DNA from: a virus
Lineage: Duplodnaviria > Heunggongvirae > Uroviricota > Caudoviricetes
Length of the DNA: 13,536 nucleotides
Virus record (IMG/VR): IMGVR_UViG_2695420540_000003
Reading direction: 5' to 3' (one strand)
Part shown: one piece after another, positions 7,893 to 13,536 of the stretch
Layout of the letters: each line of letters opens with the position of its first letter
Numbering within the stretch: position 1 is the stretch's first letter
The notes under the pieces: model-generated
Seen by the model: only the letters and a program-made list of their open reading frames with translations
Told to the model about the DNA's origin: nothing
The model's database searches: none
Position numbers and translations under genes: made by a program

Positions 7893-9616
7893 AGCATGGC
7901 AGAAATGTGTTTCATGCTTTTCGGGCGAAGGATATCCGACTTCTGTACGGAATGGCAAGTGGCGGTTAATTTATTCAGGGGAAGGCTGTATGGGAAAAGG
8001 TGGCGGTAAGGCACACACGCCTCGTGAGGCGAAGGATAATCTCAAATCCACGCAGATGATGAGCGTGATTGATGCGATTGGTGAGGGACTGATAGAAGGT
8101 CCGGTGAAGGGACTGCAGAGTATCCTGGTGAACAAAACCCCGCTGACGGACACGGACGGTAATCCCGTGATACACGGTGTGACGGCGGTCTGACGCGCCG
8201 GGGAGCAGGAGCAGACACCACCGGAAGGCTTTGAGTCCTCCGGTGCTGAAACCGGACTGGGCGTGGAAGTGACGAAGGCAAAACCGGTGACGCGCACCAT
8301 TACGTCCGCGAACATTGACCGCCTGCGGGTTACCTTCGGGGTGCAGTCACTGGTGCAGACCACGTCAAAGGGTGACCGAAACCCGACATCCGTCCGCCTG
8401 CTGATTCAGTTACAGCGTAACGGTAACTGGGTGACAGAAAAGGATGTCACCATTAACGGCAAGACCACCTCGCAGTTTCTGGCGTCGGTGATTCTGGATA
8501 ATCTGCCTCCCCGTCCTTTTAACATCCGGATGGTCCGGGAGACAGCGGACAGCACCACGGACCAGCTGCAGAATAAGACGCTGTGGTCGTCATACACCGA
8601 AATCATCGATGTGAAACAGTGCTACCCGAACACGGCCATTGTGGGGCTGCAGGTGGATGCGGAGCAGTTCGGCGGCCAGCAGATGACGGTGAACTACCAT
8701 ATCCGCGGTCGCATCATCCAGGTGCCGTCAAACTATGACCCGGAAAAACGCACGTACAGTGGTATCTGGGACGGCAGCCTGAAACCGGCATACAGCAACA
8801 ATCCGGCCTGGTGTCTGTGGGACATGCTGACTCACCCGCGCTACGGCATGGGAAAACGTCTGGGGGCGGCGGATGTGGACAAGTGGGCGCTGTATGCCAT
8901 CGGGCAGTACTGCGACCAGACGGTCCCGGATAGTTTCGGGGAGACCGAGCCGCGGATGACCTTCAATGCGTACCTGGCACAACAGCGTAAGGCATGGGAC
9001 GTGCTCAGTGATTTCTGCTCGGCGATGCGCTGTATGCCGGTATGGAACGGCCAGACGCTGACGTTTGTTCAGGACCGCCCGTCGGATGTGGTGTGGCCGT
9101 ACACCAACAGCGATGTGGTGGTGGATGATAACGGCGTGGGTTTCCGCTACAGCTTCAGTGCCCTGAAGGACCGGCACACGGCGGTGGAGGTGAATTATAC
9201 CGACCCGCAGAACGGCTGGCAGACCTCCACGGAACTGGTGGAAGACCCGGAAGCCATACTGCGCTACGGACGCAACCTGCTGAAGATGGACGCGTTCGGC
9301 TGTACCAGCCGCGGTCAGGCCCACCGTGCCGGACTGTGGGTGATAAAGACCGAACTGCTGGAAACGCAGACGGTGGATTTCACGCTCGGGTCTCAGGGGC
9401 TGCGGCACACACCCGGTGACATCATTGAAATCTGTGATAACGACTATGCCGGGACCCTGACCGGCGGACGTGTCCTGTCCATTGATGCTGCCACCCGCAC
9501 TCTGACGCTGGACCGTGAAGTGACACTTCCGGAGACCGGTGCCGCCACGGTGAACCTGATTAACGGCAGCGGTAAGCCGGTGAGTGTGGACATCACCGAA
9601 CACCCCGCGCCGGACC

Positions 9617-10221
<605 letters not shown>

Positions 10222-10684
10222 NGGCGTGAAGGTAAAAGTGAGCCGTGTTCCTGACGGCGTTGCCGGATACAGTGTATGGGGGCTGAAGCTGCCGATGCTG
10301 CGCCAGCGCCTGTTCCGCTGCGTGAGTATCCGTGAGAACGACGACGGCACGTATGCCATCACCGCCGTGCAGCATGTGCCGGAAAAAGAAGCCATCGTGG
10401 ATAACGGGGCGCACTTTGACGGCGACCAGAGCGGCACGGTGAATGGTGTCACGCCGCCAGCGGTGCAGCACCTGACCGCAGAAGTCACCGCAGACAGTGG
10501 GGAATATCAGGTGCTGGCGCGCTGGGACACGCCGAAGGTGGTGAAGGGCGTGAGCTTCCTGCTCCGTCTGACCGTAACAGCGGATGACGGCAGTGAGCGG
10601 CTGGTCAGCACGGCCCGGACGACGGAAACCACTTACCGCTTCACACAACTGGCGCTGGGGAACTACAGGCTGACAGTCCGGGCA

Positions 10685-11685
10685 GTAAATGCGTGGGGGC
10701 AGCAGGGCGATCCGGCGTCGGTATCGTTCCGGATTGCCGCACCGGCAGCGCTGTCGCGGATTGAGCTGACGCCGGGCTATTTTCAGATAACCGCCACGCC
10801 GCATCTTGCGGTTTATGATCCGACGGTACAGTTTGAGTTCTGGTTCTCGGAAAAGCGGATTGCGGATATCAGGCAGGTTGAAACCACAGCACGCTATCTT
10901 GGCACGGCGCTGTACTGGATAGCCGCCAGTATCAATATCAAACCGGGCCATGATTATTATTTTTACGTTCGCAGTGTGAACACCGTTGGCAAATCGGCAT
11001 TCGTGGAGGCTGTCGGTCGGGCGAGCGATGATGCGGAAGGTTACCTGGATTTTTTCAAAGGAGAGATAGGGAAAACACATCTGGCTCAGGAGCTGTGGAC
11101 GCAGATTGATAACGGTCAGCTTGCGCCGGACCTGGCTGAAATCAGGACGTCCATTACGAATGTCAGCAATGAAATCACGCAGACCGTCAATAAAAAACTG
11201 GAAGACCAGAGTGCGGAAATCCAGCAGATACAGAAAGTTCAGGTTGATACAAATAATAACCTGAACAGCATGTGGGCCGTGAAACTGCAGCAGATGAAGG
11301 ACGGACGCCTTTATATTGCGGGTATCGGAGCCGGTATTGAGAATACTCCAGCAGGTATGCAGAGTCAGGTGCTGCTGGCGGCAGACAGGATTGCGATGAT
11401 TAATCCTGCGAATGGCAACACAAAGCCGATGTTTGTTGGTCAGGGCGATCAGATATTCATGAACGACGTGTTCCTGAAACGCCTGACGGCTCCGACCATT
11501 ACCAGCGGCGGTAATCCTCCGGCATTTTCCCTGACACCGGACGGAAAACTGACCGCTAAAAATGCAGATATCAGTGGCAGTGTGAATGCGAACGCCGGGA
11601 CGCTCAACAATGTCACGGTAAATGAAAACTGTACGATTAAGGGCATGCTGGAGGCGACTCAGGTCAGAGGTGACTTCGTTAAAGC
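10685..11685 (+). repeat. 1001-nt direct repeat unit (copy B part), tandem with 11697-12697
   Basis: Runs from gtaaatgcgtgggggcagcagggcgatccggcg... to ...ggtgacttcgttaaagc. The same 1001-nt stretch recurs at 11697-12697 with scattered substitutions (e.g. TTARYL vs TSARYL, YFYVRS vs YFYIRS). The two units are separated only by the N-run. Confidence 0.85.
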
Positions 11686-11696
11686 NNNNNNNNNNN
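11686..11696. other. run of 11 N (assembly gap or scaffold join); a single N also at 10222
   Basis: Literal n characters in the sequence. Both N positions coincide exactly with restarts of the J repeat. Confidence 0.95.
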
Positions 11697-12697
11697 GTAA
11701 ATGCGTGGGGGCAGCAGGGCGATCCGGCGTCGGTATCGTTCCGGATTGCCGCACCGGCAGCACCGTCGCGGATTGAGCTGACGCCGGGCTATTTTCAGAT
11801 AACCGCCACGCCGCATCTTGCGGTTTATGATCCGACGGTACAGTTTGAGTTCTGGTTCTCGGAAAAGCGGATTGCGGATATCAGGCAGGTTGAAACCAGC
11901 GCCCGCTATCTTGGCACGGCGCTGTACTGGATAGCCGCCAGTATCAATATCAAACCGGGCCATGATTATTACTTTTATATCCGCAGTGTGAACACCGTTG
12001 GCAAATCGGCATTCGTGGAGGCTGTCGGTCGGGCGAGCGATGATGCGGAAGGTTACCTGGATTTTTTCAAAGGAGAGATAGGGAAAACACATCTGGCTCA
12101 GGAGCTGTGGACGCAGATTGATAACGGTCAGCTTGCGCCTGACCTGGCTGAAATCAGGACGTCCATTACGGATGTCAGCAATGAAATCACGCAGACCGTC
12201 AATAAGAAACTGGAAGACCAGAGTGCGGCAATTCAGCAGATACAGAAGGTTCAGGTTGATACAAATAATAACCTGAACAGCATGTGGGCTGTGAAGCTGC
12301 AGCAGATGCAGGACGGACGCCTTTATATCGCGGGTATTGGTGCCGGTATTGAGAACACCCCTGACGGCATGCAGAGTCAGGTGCTGCTGGCGGCGGACAG
12401 GATTGCGATGGTTAATCCTGCGAATGGCAACACAAAACCGATGTTTGTTGGTCAGGGCGATCAGATATTCATGAACGACGTGTTCCTGAAACGCCTGACG
12501 GCCCCCACCATTACCAGCGGTGGAAATCCATCGGCATTTTCCCTGACTCCGGACGGAAAGCTGACCGCTAAAAATGCGGATATCAGTGGCAGTGTGAATG
12601 CGAACGCCGGGACGCTCAACAATGTCACGGTAAATGAAAACTGTACGATTAAGGGCATGCTGGAGGCGACTCAGGTCAGAGGTGACTTCGTTAAAGC
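11697..12697 (+). repeat. 1001-nt direct repeat unit (copy C part), tandem with 10685-11685
   Basis: Same as the preceding unit, offset by exactly 1012 nt, estimated at roughly 97-98% identity by eye. Confidence 0.85.
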
Positions 12698-13134
12698 TGT
12701 ATCCAAATCATTTCCGAAACAGGCTGGTACGTGGGGTAACACGGAAACACCAAACGGGACGGTTACAGTCACCATAAGCGATGATCATAACTTTGACCGC
12801 CAGATTATTATTCCGCCCATTATTTTTAACGGTATAGCGTATGACGATCCGGGGAGCGGAAATAACCCAGGAGGCACGCGATACACGGGTTATGGTTTTG
12901 AAGTTCGCAAAAACGGCGTATTAATCGCATCCAGAGAAACTAAAGGTGCCATTCCCGGTAGTTACAGTGCAGTTATTGATATGCCTAGTGGTGGTGGTAG
13001 CGTCACTCTGGAGTTTAAGATTTTCCAGAAAGGCAATCAGGGGGCAGGCAATATCACCGACTGTACGGTGATTGTGACCAAAAAAGCGGCTTCCGGCATC
13101 AGTATTCGTTGAAATATTTATAACCCCAATAAAT

Positions 13135-13159
13135 GGCGTCAGGAATGACGCCTTTTTTA
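13135..13159 (+). terminator. rho-independent terminator downstream of J
   Basis: GGCGTCA (13135-13141), loop GGAA, TGACGCC (13146-13152), followed by TTTTTTAT. It lies 23 nt after the J stop. Confidence 0.7.
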
Positions 13160-13182
13160 TTGCAGAAAAGCGAGAGGTAATT

Positions 13183-13536
13183 ATGCGTAAAGTTTGTGCA
13201 GCCATTTTGTCCGCAGCCATCTGTCTGGCCGTATCCGGTGCGCCTGCATGGGCGTCTGAACATCAGTCCACGCTGAGCGCGGGGTATCTTCATGCCCGGA
13301 CCAACGTTCCCGGCAGTGATGATCTGAACGGGATTAACGTGAAATACCGTTATGAGTTTACGGATACGCTGGGGCTGGTGACGTCATTCAGCTATGCAGG
13401 AGACAAGAATCGCCAGCTGACCCGTTACAGCGATACCCGCTGGCATGAAGATTCCGTGCGTAACCGCTGGTTCAGCGTGATGGCGGGGCCGTCTGTGCGC
13501 GTGAATGAATGGTTCAGCGCGTATGCGATGGCGGGT
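13183..13536 (+). CDS. lom: Lom-like outer-membrane protein (Ail/Lom/PagC/OmpX family), 5' partial; continues beyond window
   Basis: ATG at 13183 preceded by a GAGAGG SD. Predicted signal peptide MRKVCAAILSAAICLAVSGAPAWA with an AxA cleavage site. Mature region has ...GINVKYRYEFTD..G...S...and ...RWFSVMAGP....WFSAYAMAG, which parallel lambda Lom (GINVKYRYELTD, RYVSVMAGP, VSAYAMAG) as recalled. It sits immediately downstream of J, as in lambda. Confidence 0.85.
   Translation, partial: MRKVCAAILSAAICLAVSGAPAWASEHQSTLSAGYLHARTNVPGSDDLNGINVKYRYEFTDTLGLVTSFSYAGDKNRQLTRYSDTRWHEDSVRNRWFSVMAGPSVRVNEWFSAYAMAG

Noticed and set aside
7668-8014. 113-aa plus-strand and 94-aa minus-strand ORFs in the I-J insert
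   Set aside because: Both read straight through the strong terminator hairpins and into the J start region. They lack an SD and are AT-rich and low-complexity. The region is better explained as non-coding.
8191-8193. In-frame TGA as a selenocysteine or programmed readthrough codon
   Set aside because: There is no SECIS-like structure or recoding context, and phage J proteins are not known selenoproteins. A nonsense mutation or sequencing error is far more likely.
13099-13293. 64-aa minus-strand ORF overlapping the lom start
   Set aside because: It is antisense to the lom signal peptide and spans the J terminator. There is no supporting signal.

Overview
This 13.5-kb window is the tail-morphogenesis module of a lambda-like siphovirus prophage, probably from an Escherichia/Shigella-type genome. 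All genes are on the + strand in lambda order: 3' end of an FII-like gene, then Z, U, V, G and G-T (with the canonical -1 frameshift site), H (tape measure), M, L, K, I, J and the 5' part of a lom-like outer-membrane protein gene. Identifications rest on my recollection of the lambda proteins plus synteny, sizes and overlaps; no database search was run. Two things depart from the canonical layout. (1) A ~340-bp AT-rich insert between I and J carries a minus-strand sigma70-like promoter followed ~95 nt later by a minus-strand intrinsic terminator, which I read as a candidate small-RNA moron, plus a second bidirectional-looking terminator hairpin. (2) The J locus is not an intact gene as assembled: it has an in-frame TGA at 8191-8193, a 1-nt frameshift near 9862-9866, and partial copies of the J middle region chained in tandem with N characters exactly at the junctions (10222; 11686-11696). 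This most likely reflects a draft assembly joining overlapping contigs or different J alleles, though a decayed prophage cannot be excluded. I found no CRISPR array, tRNA, rRNA, IS element, integrase or recognisable defence system, and no evidence of a novel multi-gene system. The long minus-strand ORFs in the track are antisense artefacts of GC-rich tail genes.
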